The notes under the pieces: model-generated | Seen by the model: only the letters and a program-made list of their open reading frames with translations | What the model was told of the DNA's origin: nothing | Databases searched by the model: none | Shown: positions 1 to 13,366 of the stretch, piece by piece | How positions within the stretch are numbered: the stretch's first letter is position 1 | Layout of the letters: each line of letters starts with the position of its first letter | Made by a program: the position numbers and the translations under genes | Assembly: GCF_006345805.1 (NCBI RefSeq) | Contig: NC_043019.1 | Span: forward strand, 24,427,360-24,491,359 | Source: Octopus sinensis | Lineage: Eukaryota | Direction of reading: 5' to 3' | Length of the DNA: 64,000 bases

Positions 1-885
1 TATGTTTAGGTTTGATGATTGTATTAGTAATGATAAATAACATTGGTTTACAGAGAAATTGAGGCAATTGTTCTAGCCTAATTTGGGGGCTCTGATTTCA
101 GAAACAAAACCAGTTTTCACTCATCACTTCTAGTTTTTGAGATGCACATTATTATGATTTTGTGACAATTCACGTAACCATGTATATGATCAATTTTTAT
201 TTTGTTTTCCAGATTTTTGTCATGCATATGATACATATCTCTAGATTAGCTTCAGGCACTTCAAAACACCGAGGATGCATCAACAAGGCAAATTCATTCT
301 GCTACGTGTGTGATTTCACGACAGCTGCGCAGTACCAAACAAATACTTCCCTCTTGGGAACTGCTTGCTTTCATTATTTTGATTGTAAGATTAGAGATTA
401 GGACAAATCCTGGGCCCAATACATCTGTTGTAAACCTTACTATAATGGACTAACTGCATGGTTTAACGGCAAGAAAGCAGCCTTCAACTTTATTTCCCGA
501 TGGCCTGGAGAAAGCCACGAAGCCATGCAGATGATTGTTATTTTTGTCTAACAAATATAACAGGTTTCAATGCTTCTCCTAGAAAGAAATTATATATCCC
601 AACCTTATCTCAGCTATGGGACCCGTTCCCGACTCAGATGATCTCTCTAATCTTACACTCCCAGCAAATAAGGATCTTCTTCCTTCATCAGGTGAAGGAA
701 TGCCAGACAGGTAATCTGTCTAAGCTAGATGTTAGTGAAAACTCGAAGTGTTAGATTATTTTTACATTTAGACCTGTGGAAAATTTTGAAGGACTTGAAA
801 ATTTTTTTTGTATACATGTGGAGAATGCTTCGCGCTGCTAATCAATTTGATATATCATAACTTTCCAAGGATCATATGTATTGTG
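1..885 (+). mobile_element. Degraded, internally deleted CMC/Chapaev3-like DNA transposon (N-terminal zinc-finger region only)
   Basis: Broken frames give CINKANSFCYVC...YFDCKIRD*DKSWAQYICC and WRKPRSHADDCYFCLTNITGF. These resemble the Cys-rich N-terminus I associate with Chapaev3 transposases. No catalytic domain is present. Boundaries are approximate and the family is assigned from recall. Confidence 0.5.
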
Positions 886-1410
886 TTTTTCACCTATGTT
901 TCATGAGCTGAACATCGATCAAAAGTATTTTGTTGTAAAGTTACACAATTATTTACATTCGAGATGCATTTGAACCATGCATTGTTGAAACCATCGTATA
1001 AAGGAAGAAATATAATACCGTTACCTCCATTACATGTGTTTCATTTCCTAATAGAAGGTACAAAATTGTACATGCTGCATGTAAAGTATCTGCTTTGAGG
1101 AATTTTTCAAACAGAGAATCAAATAATACTAATATTTTCGATTTTCGGCTTGAGGAATTACTAATAATAGATATCTTACAAGTTTCGCCTGCATTTACAA
1201 TTTTGTAACTCCAATTAGAAAATGAAACATGTGTAATGGTAATAAATAATACCAAATATTTTTCAAATCTCCGGTTTTGATATGTAAAATACATTTTCCA
1301 GTATTTTTCAACTCTTGTGCATACCTCAGACAAATATAACAGTACATAGAATTGCTGGAATGAACAAATATGCTTCAATAAGATACAGCGGGATTACATT
1401 TCTATCTACA

Positions 1411-1429
1411 TATCATATATATATATATG

Positions 1430-1484
<55 letters not shown>

Positions 1485-1489
1485 TGTGT

Positions 1490-1528
<39 letters not shown>

Positions 1529-1675
1529 TGTGTGTGTGTGTTTGTGTGTGTCATGTATGTATGTATATATATATATATACATATATATATGTATATATAT
1601 ATATGCGTGTGTGTGTGTGTGTGTTTGTGTGTGTGTGTATGTGTGTGTGTGCGTGTGTGTGTGTGTATATATCTA
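1411..1675. repeat. Compound (TA)n/(TG)n microsatellite
   Basis: Directly visible dinucleotide arrays. Confidence 0.95.
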
Positions 1676-1685
1676 TATCTTTATA

Positions 1686-1928
1686 CTATTGTGTTTGGGG
1701 AGAGTCATTTTCCTTTTGTGCCTTATGATTTAACACACTCACCGGTAAGAGAGTCAAGATTATTGAAAAGATTGCAAGACGCAACGAAATTTTTGGAAAA
1801 TAAAAATAAGAAATAAGTGGAAATTTTACCGGTGCGTGTGTTAAATTATAAGGCACAAAAAGAAAATGACTCTCCTCAGACACAATAGAATATGCTTCAA
1901 CACACGAACTCACATAAAGAAATAAAGA
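1686..1928. mobile_element. Fold-back element with 63-bp inverted repeats; probable Penelope-like pLTR derivative
   Basis: Arms 1686-1748 and 1826-1888 are reverse complements (5 mismatches). Flanked by microsatellites. A related inverted partial copy lies at about 52961-53110. Confidence 0.7.
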
Positions 1929-2002
1929 ATCTTACAAACCAAATCCCAAAACGAAATATATATATATTTATATGTACGTATGTGATGTATTATATATATA
2001 TA

Positions 2003-2050
<48 letters not shown>

Positions 2051-2207
2051 TTGACTGTAACTCGAATGTTTACGAATTGGACAGCCATGAAACGATCGTA
2101 GTGTTATACCCATTATCTTTTTTTAATAATTATATATATATGTGTGTGTGTGTACACACATATATACATTTGTATATATACATCATATATATACATTTGT
2201 ATATATA

Positions 2208-2240
<33 letters not shown>

Positions 2241-2349
2241 CTATATACATCATATATTATATATGTACATGTATATATGTGTGTGAATTTACATGTGCGA
2301 GCGTGTGAGTGTGCAAATGTATATATGTGTATTCTATTATTCTATTCTA

Positions 2350-2635
2350 GTCTATTATTCTACTGTCGGTTTCAGTCGGAGACTGTGACCCTGATGAGAC
2401 CCCGCCAATAGCACTAATACTTGTTTGATTTAGGCTCATTTCCTGCTCCTGTCTGCAGAATTGGTATAGCGAGCGAAGTAGCGAGTTGGAGAAGGCTGCC
2501 CTTCTTTGCGCATCTCGCAGTGACGTGGGTTCGTCTTTGAACCAGAAGCTGTTTCAGTATTTGTCTCTTAACTTGGAATAGAGATCTATGGTACTATGCA
2601 GTGACACGCAGTCCGGTGAGTGCTATATACGGTGA
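2350..2635 (-). mobile_element. CR1/L2-group LINE 3' end remnant
   Basis: Minus frame reads SKLRDKY*NSFWFKDEPTSLRDAQRRAAFSNSLL, similar to C-termini of CR1-group ORF2 (recalled motif). Confidence 0.4.
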
Positions 2636-2671
2636 TTAGTATCTATCGTAATATATGATTGTATGTGTGTG

Positions 2672-2703
<32 letters not shown>

Positions 2704-3310
2704 CTTGTGTGTGTATGTATATACATACACACATATTCACACACACACACACACACACAAATCCACAAACACACGCACAACAAGCACATATACAGACTAG
2801 GTAGTCATAGCGAATTATGATTTCAAATTCTAGCATAGGATCACATTTTGTATGGGTAGAGAAACAATCGATTAAATTGAGAACTAGTCAGTATTTTGCG
2901 TTATTTCATTCCAAGAGGATTACAAGGTGTCACAATCAGTGTGATTTCATATCGTTAAGTAATACCAGACGAATTGCTCTCAGTGTTTTACCGATTCTAT
3001 CAATCATCATTGATAATAATAATAGTTTGGTGAAAAGAGTTCGTAGAAGTCGACGCCAGGTTTTTGTCTGATACTAAAATTTATTGCTCCCCTTAATGGT
3101 TCAAATGAGAACATAAAAAGGTGTTACTTCTGATACGGATTAAGTTCGAAGCTTTACCGATTCTACTGTTGACATTTGTATTAATATTAATAATAAAATT
3201 ATTAATATCTTAGTATAAAATATAACTGGTTAAATTCGCTCATTAAAATTTAAGTGTTTGTTCAAGGGAGACAACACGCAATTCTGATTCTACATAATGA
3301 TTTCCACCAC

Positions 3311-3672
3311 GGGCACAAGGCCTGAGATTGTCGGGGATCGGACTACTCGATTACATAGACCCCAGGCGGCGAGCTGGCAGAAACGTTAGCACGCCGGGCG
3401 AAATGCGTAGCCGTATTTCGTCTGCCGTTACGTTCTGAGTTCAAATCCCGCCGAGGTCGACTTTGCCTTTCATCCTTTCGGGGTCGATAAATTAAGTACC
3501 AGTTACGCACTGGGGTCGATGTAATCGACTCAATCCGTTAGTCTGTCCTTGTTTGTCCACTCTATGTTCAGCCCCTTGTGGGTAATAAAGAAACATATTA
3601 CATAGACTCCAGTACCTAACTGGTACCTATTATATTGAACCTGAAACGATGAAAGGCAAAGTCAACCTCAGC
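3311..3672 (-). mobile_element. Old SINE family A copy split by a younger SINE insertion
   Basis: ggcacaaggcc...gattacatagacccc (3311-3364) continues after 3597 as agtacctaactggtacc...gatgaaaggcaaagtcaacctc. Confidence 0.7.
3366..3596 (+). mobile_element. tRNA-derived SINE family A, young copy
   Basis: A-box-like ctggcagaaacgttag, B-box-like gagttcaaatcc, core cctttcatcctttcggggtcgataaattaagtacc. 16-bp TSD attacatagac(c/t)ccag at 3350-3365 and 3597-3612. Confidence 0.9.
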
Positions 3673-4134
3673 AGAGATGAGGAATTATATACATTATTTA
3701 CGTAATTCCTCATCTCTTAAATAGAGAAAAAATCAATTATGATCGAATAAGGCAGAGCAGACAATATCAAAATTTTAATCAATTAACTAATATCTATTAG
3801 CACATAATGCGGTATGGAAGCATAACCAGATTTGTTGTGACCGTAATCCAAATGTAACTTGCTAGAGCAAAGAAATATTAGAGAGAGATAATTTGTACTT
3901 TGGAGGCTAAGAAAGTTGCGGAAAGATTGCTGGTGAATGGGTTAATACACAGTGACACTTGCTGCAGCCATGCCTGCCTACCCCGAACCCAGACGTTATC
4001 TTAACAACTTACATGACTGAATCAGTTATAGAAACACATTATATTCACGCACGCACGCACACAGACACTCACAAGAGTGAAGGGGAGAGATGTATATATA
4101 TATATTATATATATATATTATATATATATATTAT

Positions 4135-4167
<33 letters not shown>

Positions 4168-4189
4168 TATAATATATTATATATTTATT

Positions 4190-5216
<1,027 letters not shown>

Positions 5217-5841
5217 ATTAACTCCATATAAGACAAGGTACAAATAAAGGAAAAATACATAATAACCATTATTCATACTTGTCTTGTATATCACTCTGAG
5301 CAAAACCAGGTAGGTAGGTACATATATGGGAATACACGTGTACGTGTCGATCGATTACTTGCAATCAGTGAAGCAATTGTTTGAAGTGTTACTTTTGAGT
5401 TTCAAAGATAATTAACAGTTTCATTGGATAATGAAAAGAATTGAATATGACTACTTCTAAGTATGAGACACATTTGAGAAAATAGAAATAAGCAATTTTT
5501 CTGTAAAGAATTTATGATTAATCTTTCATTGAGTACTTCAAAATTGTCATAATTTAAAAGGGAGCAAAATGCAATACTTCTTACTACCCCAATCAAAGAA
5601 ATGATTCGTAGATGTAAGGGAGACAACTGATTAAAAATTCTCAATAGCTTCACATTTTAAATAGTTTACTTTTTGTACAAGTGACAATCGCTTCTGACAA
5701 ACTTTCAGTAACTGATGTCAAGTCGTTTATTTATTTTTTGTTAATGGTATTTAGAGAAAATATACCTGTCTCATTCCTCATTTTAATACCCAGCAAAAAA
5801 TATTGATTAGTCTCCAATATAGAGATTGAATGATAGGTTTA

Positions 5842-6074
5842 AGGCGGTGAGCTGGCAGAATCGTTAGCACGCCGGGCGAAATGCGTAGCCGTATTTCGTC
5901 TGCCGTTACGTTCTGAGTTCAAATTCCGCCGAGGTCGACTTTGCCTTTCATCCTTTCGGGGTCGATAAATTAAGTACCAGTTACGCACTGGGGGTCGATG
6001 TAATCGACTTAATCCGTTTGTCTGTCCTTGTTTGTCCCCTCTGTGTTTAGCCCCTTGTGGGTAGTACAAAAATA
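5842..6074 (+). mobile_element. SINE family A, young copy
   Basis: Near-identical to 3366-3596; TSD gataggttta at 5832-5841 and 6075-6084. Confidence 0.92.
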
Positions 6075-6649
6075 GATAGGTTTACATCGGCTTGTTTGTA
6101 TGTATGTACGTATAAACCGATTGTTCGTGCAGTACTCGGAGTTAACTTTAAAGTGAACCACAAGTGTCTTTTTGCTCATATGTTCAGTCGTTCCTCAAGA
6201 GAAAACGACAAAGAGAGCAATTGATTTCCTTTAACTTTAATTACAAATAGCTTTGACATGAAAACGGCAATTTGGTAAAACATGTTGAACGAAAATCTCT
6301 TCACCGGTTTTCGTTTCCAGTTCGAATAATGCCGACGTGTAATTTACCTTTCAGTCCTTAATGATTTGAAATCGTTGTAATTAATTATTTTATTCATTTT
6401 TTGTTCAAGATGCTTAATTTCGCATGTCATCTAACAACTCTTCCATTCAAAAGGACACCGTTATTTTTAGGTAGCGTCAGAAAAGCATATCTCTCTGCGT
6501 TGCAGACATAAACCTTCAAGTCGATTCAAGTGATAAAATCATCGGGGCTTCGAAGAAAACAAAGTTTTTGAAGATATTTCTGACTGATTACATCAGAACA
6601 TTGTAAAAGTTAGTGTTCATATCTAACAAACATATTTGATATGAGATCT

Positions 6650-7605
6650 AAATCATCTACATGCTCGAATCAAGTGGTCCTAGTTCATTTTGGATATTAC
6701 TCTGACATTATTATGGCATCTTTCAAAGAATCTTTGGTGTTATGGGCGTGTTCATTGACCTCTCTCTCAACAACGCTCCACATGTAATAGTCCAATGGAT
6801 TGAGACCTGGGGAATTAGGAGGCCAAATGTTAGGGGTTATATGATCATGAAAATTTTCCGCCATCCATTCTTATGTTACTAGAGCCCATGTGTGATAGTG
6901 CAGAGTCTTACTGAAACACATACGACCTTCCATTGCATACACTGTCTATCCAGGGCTTAGCAATAATTTCCAGGACATCAATGTAGGCGGCAAAGTTAAC
7001 TCTAAGGCCTTGTGGAAAGAAGTAAGGAGGCATCACATATCCTTCATTCCTGACCACCCTTAAAACCATGACAGTTGCAGGAAGTTTTGTATACATAACA
7101 CTTGAAACTTCGGAAGGGTCTGCATATAACCGTCTGTCATTTCTTCTGTTAACTTTTTGATCTTGGGTGAAGTTTTTCTCGTTTGAGAAAAACCAAATTA
7201 AATCTTCTTCTGCTAGATTTTTCAGTTTGTTTAAGAGCCTTTTAGATCTGATGTAGTGATTTTCTTTTGCTTTTTCTGACAAATGACCTTTCCTCATCAT
7301 ATAAGACTTATATCTAATGTCTTCATGGACAACATTTCTGACTGTTCTTTCTGACACATTGAGATCTTTTTGTAATTGATCTCATGGACCTTCTGGGATT
7401 GTAATCAATGGTCTGTTGAACTTGTGGATAAATGCAGGTGTTCGGATGATTTCAGAGCATTTAGAATGCTTTTTATGCTTTGAGACTGGTGATACATTTC
7501 CATCGTTAGACTCTAGCTCTTTACAAACTTTGTAGACGAAAGATCTGGTGACTTTTAAAACTGGAGTTATTTCTAAATCGCTATGCTCAGCCTTTATAAT
7601 CACAG
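6650..7605 (-). mobile_element. Tc1/mariner (maT/DD37D-like) transposase pseudogene
   Basis: WFFSNEKNFTQDQKVNRRNDR, VMPPYFFPQGLRVN, YVFQ*DSA, WPPNSPGLNPLDYYMW; stops and frameshifts. Confidence 0.85.
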
Positions 7606-7622
7606 GTTCGAAATTTCCCGAA

Positions 7623-7667
7623 GACACCTGATGAAGGCTGGAAGGTGTATCAGCCGAAACTTGTGCT
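7623..7667 (+). ncRNA. Hammerhead-ribozyme-like motif in a PLE-like fragment (7605-7715)
   Basis: gacac-CTGATGA-A-GGCTG(gaaggtgtat)CAGCC-GAAAC-tt-gtgct: intact core, perfect 5-bp stem II, partly pairable helix I. Confidence 0.6.
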
Positions 7668-8996
7668 AACAACAAAGAAGATGAGGACACATATGCGTCA
7701 ATTGTAATTAATGTAAATAATATATATATACATATGTTCATATATATAAGCACATATATTTATGTATGTATGTATGTATGTATGTATGTATGTATGTATG
7801 TATGTATGTATGTATTTCTGTCTGTCTGTCTGTCTGTATGTATGTCTGTCTGTATGTATGCATGTGTGTAGGTATGTATGTATGTATTTCTGTCTGACTG
7901 TCTGTATGTATGTATGCATGTGTATAGGTATGTATGCATATATTTATGTATATGTATATATGCATGTATATTAAAATACATGCTACATACATTCTAGCAT
8001 TCCCACCTATCTACTTACCTACCTACATACATATATGTTTGCATGCGTACATTCACACAGACACACACACACATACATACTCACAAACAAACGTACATAC
8101 ATACATGTATACATACATACATGCATTCATGTATATGTACATACATACACATGTTTATACATGCACTAAACAACGAGAGTACAAATTTCAATACTTTGAA
8201 ATTCGTATTTGCTCTGGCTTTATCCTATAAATTTATCCTTCTAAGCATTAGGCTGAAAATTGTATGGTATTTACTGGGCTTACAAACCTGGTATTATAAT
8301 TTAATTTTATTCATCACAGAAGTCTTAACGTTTGTATTATATTGCTATCGTGGATTTACAGTGTTAATACATAGCTGGTGGGTTGAATCGTTATTCTGAA
8401 TTATTAGTAAGTATATTTAACCAAAATGACATCATAATCTTTAATAAACAAAGCACATTTAAGCACTCTGAGCAGAGAAAACACGCAAAATAATTTTCTA
8501 AAATTTATTTTTAAAGCTTATTTAAATAATATATTGCAACATTTTCAAAAAATTTGCAGTCTTTATTTTATATTATATGATTAACTTTGAAAATAGGGGA
8601 ATAGAATTTAGTTTTGCAATCCAGTGATTTGCAATTGTACTTAGTGAATAAATTTTTAAAGAATTACTTTAATAACATGTTTTTCAGTTTGCCCACTTTC
8701 GGAAAACGTAGGAACAAGATGATTGAACAAAAGGGAGTTGTATGTGTACGCGCGCGTGTATGAATCAAACCTTAGGATGTAAGGTAGATAACTCTGTCGT
8801 CAAAATGTTTTTGTTCAATACTGACAGACGCAAACGTACACAAAAAAAACGCGCGCGCGCGCACACACACGAGCACGCGTAGACACACAACACACACACA
8901 ACATACACACAACACACACATACATACATACATACATACATACATACATACATACATACATACATACATACATACATACATACATACATACATACA

Positions 8997-9032
<36 letters not shown>

Positions 9033-9074
9033 TATATTGTAGATCTGTATAGGAAACATGATAAATTCAACAAG

Positions 9075-10090
9075 CTAAGCTACAAAGGCTGAAAGAACCG
9101 GAGCAGGACTGCTGCCAGCATGTCCAGTCAAAAGCAACATGAAATAGAAGGCGAAATACTGTAAACTGTACTACAGAAAATGTCAAAACGAAATTCCCCA
9201 GGCCCAGACCTCATAACAGGTCACTGGCTGAAGTATTTCAGGTTTTATCGGCGAGCCAGATTATCATACGGTTGTATGGAGGAAGTATCAAGGGCACACA
9301 AGAACTACCTCTATGATTATCAACTGCAACTACTCTACTCATCCCCAAGAATAGTCAAACCACCCTCACAAAATTTACTGCCCAATAGCCTGTCAGAACG
9401 TCATATACATATACACTAGGTGCTTCAATCTGTTCTTACAGGATCATTACTCCACAGACAATATTATAAAGCCTGAGCAAGCTCGAGGAAAGAAGAAGGT
9501 TTGAGGCTGTATAGAGCTGATACTAATTAATAAAATGATCCAAGAAAAAAACAATAAAAATCGCAGGATCTTAACTGAAGTGTGGTTAAACCACTAGAAG
9601 CTTTTGATATATCACTTGAGTGGATTATCAAGGGTTCACAATTAGTCAGAGTCCTGCGTCCACTAATAACTACTATTGAGCGCGTGACCAAAACTTGGTA
9701 TACCACTTTGCTCCTTAGGAATGGTAAAGAGCAAATTGAGTCTGATGACACTACCAAAAAGATCAATGCTGGCCTTCATCTTCTCATGAAACCTACTACC
9801 ATACCTTCTCACAAAACAGTGGCAAGACAAATGGACACAGAAGTATCCTTCGTCTTTTCTTTGTCGACGACCACATTAAAAAACAATTGGATCTCTTTAT
9901 GCAACTTTCAGCCGATAGTGGAGTGAAATTTGGTGAGTCCAAATGTGCATTTTTAACGATAAAACGTGGAAAAGTTGTGTCCTCCTCTGATAACCTAAAT
10001 GTGAATGGCTTATAGATACAACATCTACAGTCAAGTGATAATTATAAGTTACCTTGGACATAAATAAGAAGAGGACCATGATTGAATGCT
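9075..10090 (+). mobile_element. R4/Dong-clade non-LTR retrotransposon RT fragment (pseudogene)
   Basis: SPGPDLITGHWLK, QNYCPIACQNV-like, EQARGKKKV*GCIELILIN, AFDISLEWI, FVDD, FGESKCA; heavily disrupted. Confidence 0.7.
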
Positions 10091-10104
10091 TCAAGAAAGC
10101 TTAG

Positions 10105-12645
10105 AAGAAGCATATCGCTTCTTTATTTACTCCTCCTCCCTTTTTAGCATTTTGTTTTTCAACTTAATATTTTTTGGCGTCTATTTATAGGAACTCTGTG
10201 TTCTTCAATTTTCCTTCCACTTGTTAGCGTGGGTCTGGTACTTGGAATGTGTCATACAGCCATTCCATGGGTTCTTCCAATGTCTGGTTCATTTTCTGTG
10301 GATCTCTTTTTAATTGGTTTCTGTGTCTTTTTCCAATACCTTTCAGCTTTTAATTCCGTGCATCATTTCCCCTATGTACTTTATGGTTTTTCCTTCTTCC
10401 CTGTATTGTTTTCCGTTTTTATACGACCTCATGTACACCTTATCACAAATTTTGAAAAAAAGTTTAGATTGTCTTTCCTGGTACTTTTTCTTTCCTTGCC
10501 AGATAACAGTTTATCAGAAACTGATTTACCTTCCTCGCGAGCATCAGTTCAGCTGGTGAGCTTCCTGCTGGTGTATTGAGATTCGGTGTCACCCTGTATA
10601 CCCTTAGGAATCGCTGCAGAGGGATTTCGTCTGTGGCTTCCTTGTTTTCTCAAAGTTCTTTTAAAAGTGTCCACAAAACGTTGAGCCTGTCGATTTGATC
10701 TGGAATGGTAAGGCGCTATCGGTTTATGTTCTACCGTGAACATTTCGCAGAATTTTCTATATTCACTAATTGTGTTCCATTATCAGATACAATTACGTCT
10801 GGGATGCCAAATCTTGCAAATAATTCGTGCAAAAAAGTTATTACTATTGATGCAGTTGGTCTTTTGCACTTAACAATATCCGTAAAACTTGTCAACTACT
10901 ACTAAGTAGTAATAACCATTTAACGGACCCGCAAAGTCGATATGTAGTCTTGTCAATGGACTTTTTACTTCTGGCCAAGTCCCACATTTTTAGTTAATTT
11001 TTTCGCTACGTTTTCAACTTATCTGTTTATGTTCGGCCGATATACATAGCTGCACATATGCCCTTTCATCTTTGCAATCCCCGGATGTCAACATTCTTTT
11101 TTGTGGAGTCACAGGTATCACTACTCTTTGGCCATATATCGGTATACCACCGCATGTTGAATATGTGTTTACATCTCGTTGTTTTTTCTTACCGAACCTT
11201 GTTTTGCTTTCTTTCGCCGACCACTTAAAAAAAAAAATTAACTTGTCTTTTGACGCGTGTCGCTTTATTTCCTCCAGCGTTATTGGTAACTCTCGTACAA
11301 TGTTCCACATTATGTTCAATTTCCCTTTCGGCTATTAGGGTTGCTGTTTCTGTGTCCTCGAATGGTTCGCCAATTCTGGGTATTATCCTGGGTAAAGATT
11401 CCATTGCGTAATCGTCGTTTAGTAGTATGGTGCACCATCGCTGCAACCTATTTGCAGTATGCATTGGGATTCCTTTCTTGGATTCATAAATCATTAGCAA
11501 CGGGCAATGGCCTGTTTGTAGTCAAAAGAGTCTACCATGTATAAACCTATAAAACTTATTTTATGCCAGATATAATTGCCAATACCTCTTTCAATTTGGC
11601 CATAATACTTTTTCGCCCGCAGTAGCTTCCTTTAGGCATGAGCTATGGCTTTTTGTCTGCCATCTTCACATTTGTGTAGGAGTACGGCACCTACCCTGTA
11701 CTCACTAGCATCTGCCGCCAGTACCGTTTCCAACTTCGGATCGAAGTAAATTAACATTCTTTTTAGTTCGTCAAATGCCTTCTGGCATTTTTCTGACCAA
11801 AACCATTTGGCATCCTTCTTTAACAGTTCGTTTAGTGGAGTCATTGTGTTGTATATGTTCGGGATATAGACTTGATAGTAGTTTACCAAGCTTATGAATG
11901 CTTCGTTGGAGGAGGCATATTCCGTATTGCCATCGTTTTTGATGGGTCTGACCTTCGTCCCCTTTTGTCAACTACTTGATCCAAATATTTGATTTTTTTC
12001 ATCAAAAATTCACACTTTTCTTCTATTTATCAAATCCCGTATTCATTTATTTTTCCGAATGCTTTTTTTAATATGTTCTAAGTGTTACTGCACTGACTCG
12101 CTCTTTATCAAACTATCACCGAGATGTGCGATAGCGAAGTCGCAATCATTTAACATTCCGTCCATCACTTGTTGGAAAGTGGCAGGTGCCACTTTTGCTC
12201 CAAAAAGAAGGTGCTTGAATTCGTACAATCCACGGTGTGTGTTGATTGTTAAAAGGTGTGCGCAATCTTCCTCTATCTGTATCTGCAAGATAAACCTCCG
12301 AGAGGTCTAACTTCGAGAAAATTTTTCCTCCATTTAGTTTTGAGAAATACTTCTTCTGGGCTTCGACTAAACAGTCATTTAATCCAGTTGAAAAGCCAGT
12401 ACACACTCTTAGTTCATTTATTCTTTACATAAACTGTGGGATCGATCCTCGCTTCTGTTTTAATGCAACAGCCTAATCCTTCCAAAAACACATTTAGAAA
12501 CAATATTTTAATTTTTTGTCGCAGTTGTTCGACTCTTAACCGTGCCGACTACACTTTCACAGAGAAAACTAATGGGGTGTCACACATTTTAAAAAACTCC
12601 ATGCCAAATAGATTTAGTGATTTTTTTCAACACATAAATGATTGT
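10105..12645 (-). mobile_element. Ty3/Gypsy LTR retrotransposon pol remnant (RT-RNaseH-integrase)
   Basis: KIFSKLDLSE, TINTHRGLYEF...FG.KVAPATFQQVMD, AADASEY.VGAVL, IDFAGP, VSDNGTQ, PYHSRSNRQAQRFVDTFKR in RT-RH-IN order. Many frameshifts; no LTRs recognised. Confidence 0.9.
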
Positions 12646-12667
12646 CCTTTATATATATATATATTAT

Positions 12668-12745
<78 letters not shown>

Positions 12746-12815
12746 TGTCCTTTATATATATATATATTTCACCATAGGTGAATTAAAAATTTTTATTATT
12801 ATTATTATTATTATT

Positions 12816-13280
12816 GAGTGAGAGAGCAGTTCATGCCATCAAAGTGACACTGGGGTAAAATATACGAAGCCCAATATACCCATCATGACTACCCGTCTGA
12901 TAAAGGTACACCAGGCACATGCATCACAACCATATGTGCGCGACATGGTGATCTCATATCAAGATAAACAGCACATGACCTTGCAGGTGGGGCCCAGTTA
13001 GAATTTTCTTCAGGTTGAGTAGCCCATCCCGCTCAAACGGTCCCTGAATAAGGGTTGTTTAAGGATGTTGAAAGAACCACCCATGTTTCCAGAGGTGAAC
13101 TATTCAAACCCCAAAGAATCCCTCTCAACACATGGCTATGATGCTCCCCCACTACTTCTGCTCATGATCAGAGATGCACATATCGTCAGCCACTAAGGGA
13201 CATGCTCAACTGGTTAAGGTCAAACAACTGACAAGCAAATCTGTGGTATTGAGCAGAATATTTGCTGTAGCCCATCTTTA
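12816..13280 (-). mobile_element. 5'-truncated R4/Dong-type LINE 3' end in (TAA)n
   Basis: Homologous to 13367-13786; bounded on both sides by (TTA)n. Confidence 0.65.
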
Positions 13281-13297
13281 TTATGATTATTATTATG

Positions 13298-13366
<69 letters not shown>

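Noticed and set aside
953-1378. 141-aa minus ORF, possibly a GIY-YIG C-terminus
   Set aside because: Resemblance too faint to support a call
2365-2402. CTGATGA near a small hairpin
   Set aside because: No GAAA after a stem II on the same strand; lies in a LINE 3' remnant
12638-12760. atgattgtcctt duplicated on both sides of a TA array
   Set aside because: Most simply slippage or an assembly artefact
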